A DNA stretch of 64,000 nt from a virus: positions 9,367 through 73,366 of IMG/VR virus record IMGVR_UViG_3300035698_005082; one strand, 5' to 3'. Under the pieces are notes generated by a model. That model did not search any database. It was not told the origin of the DNA and saw only the letters and a program-made list of their open reading frames with translations. Both the position numbers and the translations under genes were made by a program. How positions within the stretch are numbered: the first letter of the stretch is position 1; each line of letters begins with the position of its first letter. Shown here piece by piece: positions 50,185-59,668 of this stretch.

Positions 50185-52973
50185 GTATAATTAACAATAA
50201 AGCAGACTTCCTTAATAAGGATATACCTACATTAAAAATAAGCCAGAGCCATATTGATGGATTATTTACTAACGCTTCTAACTATGTGAATGCAAACATA
50301 GAAGACATCAATACCATAAGCGATAATATGCTAATCGCATTAGACTCTACAGCATCAGCGAGCAAGGAGGCTCTTAGGTCTTTAAGGCCACTAACTAATT
50401 CAATAGCAGATATATTTGCAACAAGTGGTGCATCTCGTGATTCTCTGAATATATTCAATGAGGGTATAAACTATTCTTCAGAAGGAGTAGTTATAGATTA
50501 TGACATAAGGCAGATTAAGCTAGAGTCTTCGCCTATAGCTATATACTCAATAAGGAATATAGACATCAATGTAGAGAATGGAAGCCTAGGTAATAGCATA
50601 GGTGCAAAGAATCAATATTTTGATATTAACAATATAGTTGGTACATCATCAAGATTAGAGATAGAATCATTCGTATCAGAACTGGATGCCACCATATCAT
50701 TGGATATGGGTGAAAAAGTTGCACTTAATAATATCAAGTTTAGCTTAGTTAATTTTGGAACAAGGATGCCTTCGATAGAATCCATAATGGTTTCTGAAGA
50801 TGGATGTATATATACCCCTGTTAGAATAACTACTTCCAATTCTCTATCAATGAATATAGAAGACTTTAATTTTAAGGATGGCATTATAAACATACACACT
50901 GAAGAGTTGTATGTCCGATATATTAAGCTTAACATATTGCAAAAGCTACCATATGATACTAATAGTACACTAGGTAAGAGATATGCTATAGGCATTAATG
51001 CTCTTGAGGTGGGATTTTACTCTGCTACTAATAGCGGAACTATGGTGGTTGGACCCTTCAAATCTAAAGATGAAATATTTAAGGTTGCCATATTTGGCGA
51101 CATGATTAGATACAACCTAGATGAGCCTAATATAAGATTATCTATTTCCACTAACGGTGAGTCATGGATACCTGTACAGAATTCTGAATTGTTTGATCCA
51201 GGTTCTGAGATCTCTAAAATAATCAACTTCAATAATATAAGCAGTGATTCTTTATCTACAGACGGTCCTGTATTAGAGTTATATATAAAGGTAGAGATGG
51301 ACGCTATAGATGTGTCATATGTATCAGAAGATTCGAGGTTTGTAAATAGAGAAACTGTATTAGTTTCTCGTAATTCAAGAAATTTTAGTTTAAATACTAG
51401 AGATGATTATGATTATTTGAAGGTGTTTAAGGTTTCGGGTGTTAGGTATGGAAGTAGAATATCGTTCCCACCAGTAGGAGGAAACTTATTCTCTATACCA
51501 ACTAGAGATGCGGTGTTCATTAGAACAGATAGTGAATTAGTGTATAAAGGATTAGACGATGAATCGTCAACTTCTATAGATGTTCAGAAAGACACACTTA
51601 AAGGGAAGGAGTTAGAGGGTGTAACTATACAATACAAGTATGATAAGGTACATGTTAAGAGGAATGATATTATAGAGAACATACCAAGTATGGAATACGA
51701 TCCATTTGGAATATCTTTAATATCCATGTCTAGACCTATTGATTCTCCTATTAATATAGAGACAAGCAATTTGTCGTTTAGTTATCAGAACTTAATACCA
51801 GTGATTCCATTCAGTAAGAATGCTGGTACATTTACTATTAGGTATAATAATAAGGTTTCGCATATTGACTTGAAGTCTGGATTTGTACTCGATAATAGAG
51901 AGTTGTTGTATATAGTGGGCGAGACTGTAACTAGCGTTACGGTTGAAGACCATATTGGTATTAAGATTGCGGATGTTTTGGTTGAGGAAGTTAATGGTCA
52001 GAATGTAATTTCATTACATGATGCCCTTGGTGTTAATATTCCTGACACTTCTGGGTTGAGATTTAATAAGTACTATCCTCTATCACCCCTATTAGATAAT
52101 GAGTTTGCTATAGTCTTTGGAGAAGTAGTATTTGGTAAATACTTTAATGGACAACTATCAATACCAAGAGTTATAACTACACCATTAGAAGTAAAGATAG
52201 ATAAGACAGTAGATGACTTGAGAATAGTAACTGCTAGTTCTAGACAAATAAAGCATTCACAAACTCTTCTAGAGTTTGATTTTGGCAATATAATAAATCT
52301 AAATAAGACTGACATATTAGAACAGAGTTTAACATTCGATACTTCTTCTGCTTCTATTAATACGTTCTTGAGGGAGGTTGAGTTTATAAATGGCGGGGAT
52401 GAGTTCTTGCTTACTGAGCGCTATGTTGACATAGGGCATAGGGGAGTTAATGAGCTAAGTATTAATGCTGCATATGTTGATAATGGATCTATAAACTTTA
52501 AAGCATGTGCTGGTGTATTTTCAAACAGGGTTTACTCTGAGTATGAACTCATAGACCTTGGTGATTACTTCATTGATGGCACCACTATTAGACTCCCAGA
52601 AGACGTATATACAGATACTACTAATGATATAGAGATAAGATATGATATAGAACCTAGTAACGTATCAGCCTCCGGCCTATACTCAGTAGACTATGTGAAT
52701 GGAATAATATATTCATCTGCAAAGATAGATGGAAATACTATTGCCAACTATAAATATTCAAGTGTGTATGCTTCCTACAATGGACTAATTAAGATAGATA
52801 ATAATGACTATCAAGTAAGTGGTCAAAGTATAGCCATAAATACAGAAGAAGAAACACAGGAAGAATATATGGTAATTTCATCCGGTAAGGAATCTAATAA
52901 TACTGAGTACCTAGAAAGCCCAGTTCTATATAATTTAAAAATAAACATAATTGATGCGGAAAGTTCAGTATGA
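50181..52973 (+). CDS. tail/baseplate protein with discoidin-like beta-sandwich
   Basis: 930 aa. ISLDMG...LNNIKF, VSEDG..Y and VRYIKLNI. Confidence 0.6.
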   Translation: MSIINNKADFLNKDIPTLKISQSHIDGLFTNASNYVNANIEDINTISDNMLIALDSTASASKEALRSLRPLTNSIADIFATSGASRDSLNIFNEGINYSSEGVVIDYDIRQIKLESSPIAIYSIRNIDINVENGSLGNSIGAKNQYFDINNIVGTSSRLEIESFVSELDATISLDMGEKVALNNIKFSLVNFGTRMPSIESIMVSEDGCIYTPVRITTSNSLSMNIEDFNFKDGIINIHTEELYVRYIKLNILQKLPYDTNSTLGKRYAIGINALEVGFYSATNSGTMVVGPFKSKDEIFKVAIFGDMIRYNLDEPNIRLSISTNGESWIPVQNSELFDPGSEISKIINFNNISSDSLSTDGPVLELYIKVEMDAIDVSYVSEDSRFVNRETVLVSRNSRNFSLNTRDDYDYLKVFKVSGVRYGSRISFPPVGGNLFSIPTRDAVFIRTDSELVYKGLDDESSTSIDVQKDTLKGKELEGVTIQYKYDKVHVKRNDIIENIPSMEYDPFGISLISMSRPIDSPINIETSNLSFSYQNLIPVIPFSKNAGTFTIRYNNKVSHIDLKSGFVLDNRELLYIVGETVTSVTVEDHIGIKIADVLVEEVNGQNVISLHDALGVNIPDTSGLRFNKYYPLSPLLDNEFAIVFGEVVFGKYFNGQLSIPRVITTPLEVKIDKTVDDLRIVTASSRQIKHSQTLLEFDFGNIINLNKTDILEQSLTFDTSSASINTFLREVEFINGGDEFLLTERYVDIGHRGVNELSINAAYVDNGSINFKACAGVFSNRVYSEYELIDLGDYFIDGTTIRLPEDVYTDTTNDIEIRYDIEPSNVSASGLYSVDYVNGIIYSSAKIDGNTIANYKYSSVYASYNGLIKIDNNDYQVSGQSIAINTEEETQEEYMVISSGKESNNTEYLESPVLYNLKINIIDAESSV

Positions 52974-54790
52974 GACAAGAACAGATAGATCATTTAATAA
53001 GAAATAATATACCAGTTACTGAGGCTTCCATAAAGCATCTATCCAATACTGGTAACAATGACTTATTTATATCTGACATGAGGAATGGTTATATTTCATT
53101 GGGAATAGACGGCATTAATAATGCCTATAGTTTTATAGCTAATCTATTCTCAGACTCTATGGTGGATAAGATTAGTCTACGGAATAGAGTTAAATACCTT
53201 GGTGATTCGATAGCAGAGCGCACAAGCGATATAGTTCTAGCTATAGATAACTTAAGAGAAGAGGTCGCCGCCGCAACAGTTCTTGAATCTACTATGAGCG
53301 GACAAACAGAAACGGTTCTAATGGACTTCTCTGATCAATCATTAATATCTCATGAATCAGAAGGAGTAACCACACAAGGTGGAATACTTACAGTAGAGAA
53401 TATAGATAACAAGGCTATTAAAAGTTCTGTAAGAATAGAAGAGTATCCATTTTCCTCTATGAGTGCAGTTATGAGGTCTAGGACCTCTATTGACGACGCT
53501 AAGATAGAAGGCGTGTCTATTAGTGGAATTGGTTACTTACCTAGTGTTAATGATATGGTTATAAATGCCGATAAGGCATTTAGAATTGAAGCTATTGCTG
53601 ACCTCGACATCGAGAGAAGGATAGACTTAGTTATTGATAGGGCCGACTCTAGTATGTTTAATCAAATTGAACTTGAAACTGAGCGTGCTCAGATGATATC
53701 TATATACTCTTCTAGTAATGGTATTGAGTATGTCTCGCGCACAGATAGTCCTAGATATATTAAAGACTCTGCAATACAAGTTGGCGCAATAACAGATAGG
53801 TTTATTAAGATAGTATTCCATAAGAGATCTAGAGATGGCATTAAGAATGGAAACAATATCTATAATGTGTCTATTAAAGAACTATCATTCTTGAGAACTA
53901 CATTTAGTGGTATGTCTACATTGGTAACTAATCCTATATCTGTCGAAGGTGCCTTTAGTAAACTAGCAATTAGTTCTTGTGACTCTACTAGCGAAGGTCT
54001 AGAGACAAAGATAGAATATAGTGTATCTATTAACGAGCAGGAGTGGATACCAATACGCCCTGCCGGACGCACATATGGAGAAGATATAAATAAACCTTCT
54101 TACTTAAGTATAAATTCAAATGCTGAAAATAAATTCATGGTTCTTAAGGATCAAACTGTTGTTAATAACACGGGCTCCTTTACCTCGCCCCTACCAGCAG
54201 ACTTTATTAGATCTAATTATATAAGAATATTCGCAGACAACTTAACAGACTCATCTTCTGATTGGATATATAGTAGAGGAGTGTATAAGTCAGTAGGAAT
54301 GTTATACAACACTACAACAATAGACTTTGGCACTAAAGAAATATCTTTAAATGGTAAATGGGTATCTGGAGAAGTAACATTATATCCAGACATATACCTA
54401 ATAGAGGTAAAAGCAGAGAGCTATGCCAATATAATACTTAATAAAGCAGGGAATATAGAAGACCTCGGCGGCGGAGAGTATGCCGTTGAATCAGCTACAG
54501 GAGTAATACACACAGTGTATGATCCAATCTTTCCATACAATCATAGATACATAGTAGATACAATGTTTGATCTAGTATTTGGTAAAGAATTAATTGATAA
54601 AGATAACTATAACATTTATAATAAGGACTCGGATTATTTCGTATCCACCTCCGCTATACATGATGAAGTAATCATCTCATATAGACTACATGAGTCTAAT
54701 ATAGGATCAGTTCAAGTTAAAGCTGAACTGCAATCAGGAAACCCAATAGACATACCATTTATCAAAAAGATAATTATAAGGTTAGCATAA
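52970..54790 (+). CDS. tail/baseplate protein, paralog of the preceding gene
   Basis: 606 aa, with motifs collinear with 50181-52973 (SSNGIEY, RFIKIVF, YSVSINEQEWIPI). Confidence 0.6.
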   Translation: MRQEQIDHLIRNNIPVTEASIKHLSNTGNNDLFISDMRNGYISLGIDGINNAYSFIANLFSDSMVDKISLRNRVKYLGDSIAERTSDIVLAIDNLREEVAAATVLESTMSGQTETVLMDFSDQSLISHESEGVTTQGGILTVENIDNKAIKSSVRIEEYPFSSMSAVMRSRTSIDDAKIEGVSISGIGYLPSVNDMVINADKAFRIEAIADLDIERRIDLVIDRADSSMFNQIELETERAQMISIYSSSNGIEYVSRTDSPRYIKDSAIQVGAITDRFIKIVFHKRSRDGIKNGNNIYNVSIKELSFLRTTFSGMSTLVTNPISVEGAFSKLAISSCDSTSEGLETKIEYSVSINEQEWIPIRPAGRTYGEDINKPSYLSINSNAENKFMVLKDQTVVNNTGSFTSPLPADFIRSNYIRIFADNLTDSSSDWIYSRGVYKSVGMLYNTTTIDFGTKEISLNGKWVSGEVTLYPDIYLIEVKAESYANIILNKAGNIEDLGGGEYAVESATGVIHTVYDPIFPYNHRYIVDTMFDLVFGKELIDKDNYNIYNKDSDYFVSTSAIHDEVIISYRLHESNIGSVQVKAELQSGNPIDIPFIKKIIIRLA

Positions 54791-54794
54791 CTAT

Positions 54795-55826
54795 ATGAAG
54801 AATTTAAACAAACTAGCTCTCGGCGGCTTTATAAGAGCCAACATTAGTATAAACGACAATATGTTTTCGCCAATGACAACAGCATATGGCGACATGATAA
54901 CTATTTGGGAATTCCTAAATGAATATCAAGGAATGCTTAAGAATACTCCCGAGACAGTATCCATAAGACCTTCTAATGGATTAGACGGTAAGTCTTTATA
55001 TGTAGACATGGACTCGATATCAGGTTCACTATTTGACGCTACCAACTCCCGCCCCAAGAGTATTTCAGAGTCGCTAGCAGAACTTTACAGAGTAACGGAT
55101 ATAAGCTTATTAAACTCTGACACAGCAACAGAGATAGCATCAATAAAGAATGTTATAGGAATATCTAAGTTTGACGACCAAGCAATATCGTCAGTGAACT
55201 CGACAGTTAAGGATATTGAAGAAGTTAACTTTAAAATAGATCAGCTATCGGCTGATATATTTAATAGAAACATGGTTATTGGTGACGCTCAGGATGGGCT
55301 TGTATATAGTTATGGCGCTAATGGTACACAGACACAAGAGAAAAGTATCAAGGACCTGTTGAACGCCCTAATAGACGCACATGGTGGAATACTAGCAATG
55401 GACCATACATTAATAAAAACTAGTCATGTATGGGGAACATCATTACCTACCGAATTATTAATAAATGGAAGCGATACAAAATACACAACAGTATTTGCAT
55501 CAGGGGTAGCACCGTTTCAAGATCTCGTAGATTCTCAGAAGTTCTATAACCCACTAGGTAAAAGTGTACAGATAAAAGCTATATCAATAGTAGTATCTGA
55601 AAATACTTTAACTTCGGCAACCTCTGTAATATTGTATGTAAACGGAGCACCGACCACTTTCGACATAACAGTTCCCGCGACAACAGCCGGGCAACTTGGC
55701 AACTCAACGCAAGAGTTGACATTGGAATCAGCTGACTATCTACAGTTTAAAATAACAACTGGAACCAATCCTGCAGAATTCATTAAAGTATCAAACTTTT
55801 CAGTAATAATTGAAGAGACCAATTAA
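54795..55826 (+). CDS. putative fibre/receptor-binding-like protein
   Basis: 343 aa, helical N-half and compact beta-sandwich C-terminus. Confidence 0.5.
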   Translation: MKNLNKLALGGFIRANISINDNMFSPMTTAYGDMITIWEFLNEYQGMLKNTPETVSIRPSNGLDGKSLYVDMDSISGSLFDATNSRPKSISESLAELYRVTDISLLNSDTATEIASIKNVIGISKFDDQAISSVNSTVKDIEEVNFKIDQLSADIFNRNMVIGDAQDGLVYSYGANGTQTQEKSIKDLLNALIDAHGGILAMDHTLIKTSHVWGTSLPTELLINGSDTKYTTVFASGVAPFQDLVDSQKFYNPLGKSVQIKAISIVVSENTLTSATSVILYVNGAPTTFDITVPATTAGQLGNSTQELTLESADYLQFKITTGTNPAEFIKVSNFSVIIEETN

Positions 55827-55852
55827 GGGCAAAGCCCTACCGGATAATAAGA

Positions 55853-56275
55853 ATGTCAATTAAACTAGTAACCATAAGTGGTGTAAATGGTACCGATGAA
55901 CTATTTCAGCTATCAGTGCCATATGTACTTGGTACTCTTCAGGTAATACAAAGAGATACTATAGGAAACAAAACAACTCTAGAGCATAGTGAACTAAGCG
56001 ATACTTTCTTTAGGATATCACCGGCACCAATCTTAAATGCGGACCTGCTGTGCTACTATCAAGAATCAGTTGCAGATGTTATAGGATTAGATACCCTGTC
56101 TAATTGGGAGAAGGCAAACATTACAGCACTTGTTGCAATAATCGCATATCAAAGTCAAACTATTGAAAATATGCAAACAGCAATTTCAAATAGGATGACA
56201 TACAATGATTTCAATAGTTATGTACAAGTATTAGAACGGCAGATATTAGATCTTAAAGAATCAGCACTTAAATAA
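55853..56275 (+). CDS. small structural protein (beta module plus coiled coil)
   Basis: 140 aa, last gene of the + block. Confidence 0.55.
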   Translation: MSIKLVTISGVNGTDELFQLSVPYVLGTLQVIQRDTIGNKTTLEHSELSDTFFRISPAPILNADLLCYYQESVADVIGLDTLSNWEKANITALVAIIAYQSQTIENMQTAISNRMTYNDFNSYVQVLERQILDLKESALK

Positions 56276-56303
56276 AAAAAAAGGCCCCATAAAAGGGGCC
56301 TTT
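56274..56303. terminator. bidirectional rho-independent terminator between the converging blocks
   Basis: AAAGGCCCC-ATAAAA-GGGGCCTTT stem. The A9 run on the left is the U tract for the minus strand. Confidence 0.88.
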
Positions 56304-56304
56304 C

Positions 56305-56880
56305 TTATTTAAAAAACAACCCTTTAAATCTCGTTGATTTTTTAATCTTTGTCTCAATCTTGTTACCAGCTTCCTTAAATAACACCTCTACTAGTTGATA
56401 TAGATCAGAGTTTATTTTTTCTAACTCTATATTATCGTAAATCAATTCTTCAAGTTCCTCTTTATTATTGGCAGGTGCAGAGCTATATTCGTCACATTCG
56501 TCAGTAGAAATCACATAAGCATCATTATAACCCTCATCTTCTACGTCTGTCTCTCTGCCGAAGGTAGTAACCATGCTTACATCGAGCACAGTTGTAGGTC
56601 TAATAGTAACGTAATCACCATCAGAGACTTCTATTCTTGTATTGTCATTCAAAGCATGTAATGTTGCCTCAATTATATCCGCCCTGTTAGGCTGTGGTGC
56701 ATCATCTGGAGTATGTCTAGTCTCATAATTAGAAATCCTTCTACCTATAGTAGAAGTGCTCCTATAAGGTATATTAGATTCAGTATTACTTAACATAGCA
56801 AAACTATCAGCTCTCCCCATCACTTCATTAATAAAATCTGACATAACTTGGTCATGGCGAACTCTATATGGTTCATTCAT
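56305..56880 (-). CDS. hypothetical protein
   Basis: 191 aa, AAGGA RBS, acidic middle and a coiled-coil-like end. Confidence 0.65.
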   Translation of the reverse strand: MNEPYRVRHDQVMSDFINEVMGRADSFAMLSNTESNIPYRSTSTIGRRISNYETRHTPDDAPQPNRADIIEATLHALNDNTRIEVSDGDYVTIRPTTVLDVSMVTTFGRETDVEDEGYNDAYVISTDECDEYSSAPANNKEELEELIYDNIELEKINSDLYQLVEVLFKEAGNKIETKIKKSTRFKGLFFK

Positions 56881-56896
56881 AATTTCTTATCCTTTT

Positions 56897-57631
56897 TCAT
56901 AATATGCTATCAACTAGCTTTCTTCTTTCGTTATTGCTTAAGCTATTGGTGACTACATGTATAAATAATGGATTGGGTATAATATTAACATCCTTGTCTC
57001 CGACAAGATATTCAGACAGTTCATCCAGCACCTTGCTCTTATTATATTCCAAGTAGTAGTAGGATGAAAATAAATAGGGAACAATATTCACAGTGTATGT
57101 ATAAAATGTTGAAGCATCAGTCTCAACAAAGTTATCTATTCTCTCAATAAATCTTATTATTGACTCATGTATAAAGTCTTCGTAGTTTAATTTGAAATAT
57201 TCCATGTCACCATGTTCACGTTTTCCGCTAGTAAGAGAAAGTATTTTATGGAAACATATATCTGAAAATCCATTCTCGTATTTGCTAAAAATGTAATCAA
57301 AATTGCCATATGCATCATAGAGTAATTCCATAACAGCATTAAGATTATTAGATGCATAAGCATTATTAATCTTCGTTGGACTTAGAAGAGTTTGAAGTTT
57401 CCTATATGGCTCTCTTCTTCTCTTAAGGGTTTTTTCACTAACCCTATGTCGTTGCCTAACAGAGTAGCGTTTAAATCCATAGCGCCTCTTAGGACGCGCT
57501 TGAACAGTGTTATGACGACGATACTCACCACCCATTCCATATAGCGGATAGTGATTAGCATTTATAGCATCGTTATAATACTTTTCTTTTTTGGTCTTTA
57601 GGCTCTTAAGCCTGTCTAGAGCCTTGCCCAT
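56897..57631 (-). CDS. sigma-70 region 2-like protein (putative phage sigma factor)
   Basis: Likely start ATG at 57631. YEDFIHESIIRFIERIDNF....ASTFYTYTVNIV matches the region 2 pattern EDLIQEG.IGL..A...F......FSTYA...I. Confidence 0.55.
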   Translation of the reverse strand: MGKALDRLKSLKTKKEKYYNDAINANHYPLYGMGGEYRRHNTVQARPKRRYGFKRYSVRQRHRVSEKTLKRRREPYRKLQTLLSPTKINNAYASNNLNAVMELLYDAYGNFDYIFSKYENGFSDICFHKILSLTSGKREHGDMEYFKLNYEDFIHESIIRFIERIDNFVETDASTFYTYTVNIVPYLFSSYYYLEYNKSKVLDELSEYLVGDKDVNIIPNPLFIHVVTNSLSNNERRKLVDSIL

Positions 57632-58175
57632 CTTTTTTCTTTTTCTTTTTCTTTTTCTTTTTAATGTCATGACCAGCATTATGCAGAAGCTTCTTAAGGC
57701 GATTTTCTAACTCAGATATTGTCTCTGGATCTGCATCAAGTTCTTCTTCTTCAATATGATAGGTCTTTATGTCTCCATTCGTAAATGGGTCAAGCTTCTC
57801 TGCAATTGCCACAGCTTCAGTAGAAGTAGCACCAGCAAGCATTGCACCCATGGCAAACGATTGCCCACTACCGATAGCTGCAGGTGTACCAGTTTCTAGA
57901 GCAATATATGAACTATCATAATAGTACAGCTCGTTCTCCTCTATAGAAAAAACTAGTGCTTCAAAATTATCAGCCCCCTTTTTCGGCATATCATGAGATC
58001 GCCACCCCTGTTCTACATAGTTCATAAAGGTCTTAATGGCCGATAGTTCACCAGCACAACCAATTAAAAATTTATCTATAAGATATATTTTATCAGCAGA
58101 AAGCTGATCTATATATATACCCGTAATACAGCTATCAGAAGCCATAGTATTATTATCAAACGCAATTGTCGTCAT
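57606..58175 (-). CDS. HslV/proteasome-beta-like Ntn threonine peptidase
   Basis: Starts M-TTIA...MASDS. Also DKI, IGCAG, AIGSG..FAMGAM..GA...EAVAIA...DPFTNG. Ends with a K10 tract. Confidence 0.75.
   Translation of the reverse strand: MTTIAFDNNTMASDSCITGIYIDQLSADKIYLIDKFLIGCAGELSAIKTFMNYVEQGWRSHDMPKKGADNFEALVFSIEENELYYYDSSYIALETGTPAAIGSGQSFAMGAMLAGATSTEAVAIAEKLDPFTNGDIKTYHIEEEELDADPETISELENRLKKLLHNAGHDIKKKKKKKKKKDGQGSRQA
57632..57662. repeat. (CTTTTT)n hexamer repeat, about 5 copies
   Basis: Read directly. Encodes 10 consecutive Lys on the minus strand. Confidence 0.9.
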
Positions 58176-58191
58176 TATTTAACATCTCTTA

Positions 58192-58596
58192 TTATTTTTT
58201 TATTGCATGCTGGAACAGGGGTTTAAGCCAAGACTCAACATTAGGTGGCAAAGAATTCCATGGTATATCATCAATAGAATACCATACTGGATCTTGACAC
58301 CATTCACCACTATTCATGGCTGGTATTATTCTACCCATAGGTAAAAGGTATAAAAACATAGACACTTTACCAAAGTAGGGTTCATCAATAATCACAGAAT
58401 CTAGAAGAGTGCATGATATAGCATCAAACACTAAACCAACCTCCTCGTATGCTTCCCTAATCATAGCATCGCTAGGGGTTTCTAGATCCTCTATCTTTCC
58501 ACCAAAACTATTTATCGTAGCACCAGATGGATGATTGTATGGCATATTGTATAATGCGAACTTCTCTTTATGTATGTCGTATGCATATCCACGCAC
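58192..58596 (-). CDS. NUDIX hydrolase
   Basis: Nudix box GGKIEDLETPSDAMIREAYEEVGL. Confidence 0.88.
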   Translation of the reverse strand: MRGYAYDIHKEKFALYNMPYNHPSGATINSFGGKIEDLETPSDAMIREAYEEVGLVFDAISCTLLDSVIIDEPYFGKVSMFLYLLPMGRIIPAMNSGEWCQDPVWYSIDDIPWNSLPPNVESWLKPLFQHAIKK

Positions 58597-58617
58597 TAGG
58601 TCTTTATTTTTAATATA

Positions 58618-58902
58618 TTAATCTTCAACAAAATAAACTTTACCATCTATATATTCACCAATGAACGTCTTGCCACAGCAAGATGATTCAAATATTAGCT
58701 TATCAATAGATAGTTCGTGATCATGGATCACCTTAACTTCCCAATATAAATCATGACTACAGATAGGGCATCCAGTATAATTTAATAATTCATTAACATC
58801 ATATTCACCATTCTCAATATCAAGATCTGTGATACTTTGAGTAAAGAATGGAATATCATCATCAGTCTCCGTATCTAACATAGTTACCACCATTTTTTTC
58901 AA
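58618..58902 (-). CDS. small Cys-containing (possible zinc-binding) protein
   Basis: 94 aa, CPIC...CCG. Confidence 0.55.
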   Translation of the reverse strand: MKKMVVTMLDTETDDDIPFFTQSITDLDIENGEYDVNELLNYTGCPICSHDLYWEVKVIHDHELSIDKLIFESSCCGKTFIGEYIDGKVYFVED

Positions 58903-58921
58903 TTAATTTAGAAATCATTCC

Positions 58922-59140
58922 TTATGAGCGACCAGAAGGAGACGAACTTGCATATAGTGTCCTATCTATAATGCGATCATATTGATAAGATTCTATAGAA
59001 GTAGAAGTATTGAAATGAATGAATTCAAATTCATCAATAAAGAATACGGTATCAACAGGAGTATAGCCATTCCTATAACTACGAGATAGTGATACCTCTA
59101 TATATTTAGGGCTTATATTCACAAGAAAACTCCTTACCAT
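58922..59140 (-). CDS. hypothetical protein
   Basis: 72-aa ORF filling the gap in the minus operon. Confidence 0.4.
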   Translation of the reverse strand: MVRSFLVNISPKYIEVSLSRSYRNGYTPVDTVFFIDEFEFIHFNTSTSIESYQYDRIIDRTLYASSSPSGRS

Positions 59141-59399
59141 CTTTATGCCATCTTACATAGCAGTGATCCAACGTATATCCAGAATACCAATCACACAGAG
59201 TAGATAGAAACGCATATGATTCTTCTTCGGACATGGAGAAAACTTTACAAGTATCATTGAGAGCCTCTTCGGCCATTTCGCTATCTGCAAATGGTCCAAT
59301 CTCCCACACGTGATGATTACCATTAACCAAATTGACCCCATACAAGTTTAACGTAAAGCCTTTTCTATGCATTACTTGCTTATCTATTATTATACTCAT
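59106..59399 (-). CDS. hypothetical protein
   Basis: 97 aa, ATGA overlap with thioredoxin, GGAG RBS. Confidence 0.6.
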   Translation of the reverse strand: MSIIIDKQVMHRKGFTLNLYGVNLVNGNHHVWEIGPFADSEMAEEALNDTCKVFSMSEEESYAFLSTLCDWYSGYTLDHCYVRWHKDGKEFSCEYKP

Positions 59400-59659
59400 A
59401 AACCAATCTCCTTCATGTGTATACGTAAGTCGTCACTACCCATTGGCCCTATTAGCTTATGTGTAGATGAACCAACCTTAATAACAACAGAAGGAACTGT
59501 TCTTATTCCATAACCTTGAGCCATCTCTGGATTGTTATCAACGTCTACAGATATAAGTTCATGATCATTAAACTCAGAAAGAACTGTATTAACAATGGGT
59601 TTATAGATCCTGCAAGGCGCACATGTTTTAGATGTAAAAATTATAAATTGAAATTCCAT
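59396..59659 (-). CDS. thioredoxin
   Basis: 87 aa. TCAPC active site, VDVD..PEMAQ.YGIRTVP, AGGAGG RBS. Confidence 0.9.
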   Translation of the reverse strand: MEFQFIIFTSKTCAPCRIYKPIVNTVLSEFNDHELISVDVDNNPEMAQGYGIRTVPSVVIKVGSSTHKLIGPMGSDDLRIHMKEIGL

Positions 59660-59668
59660 ATAACCTCC

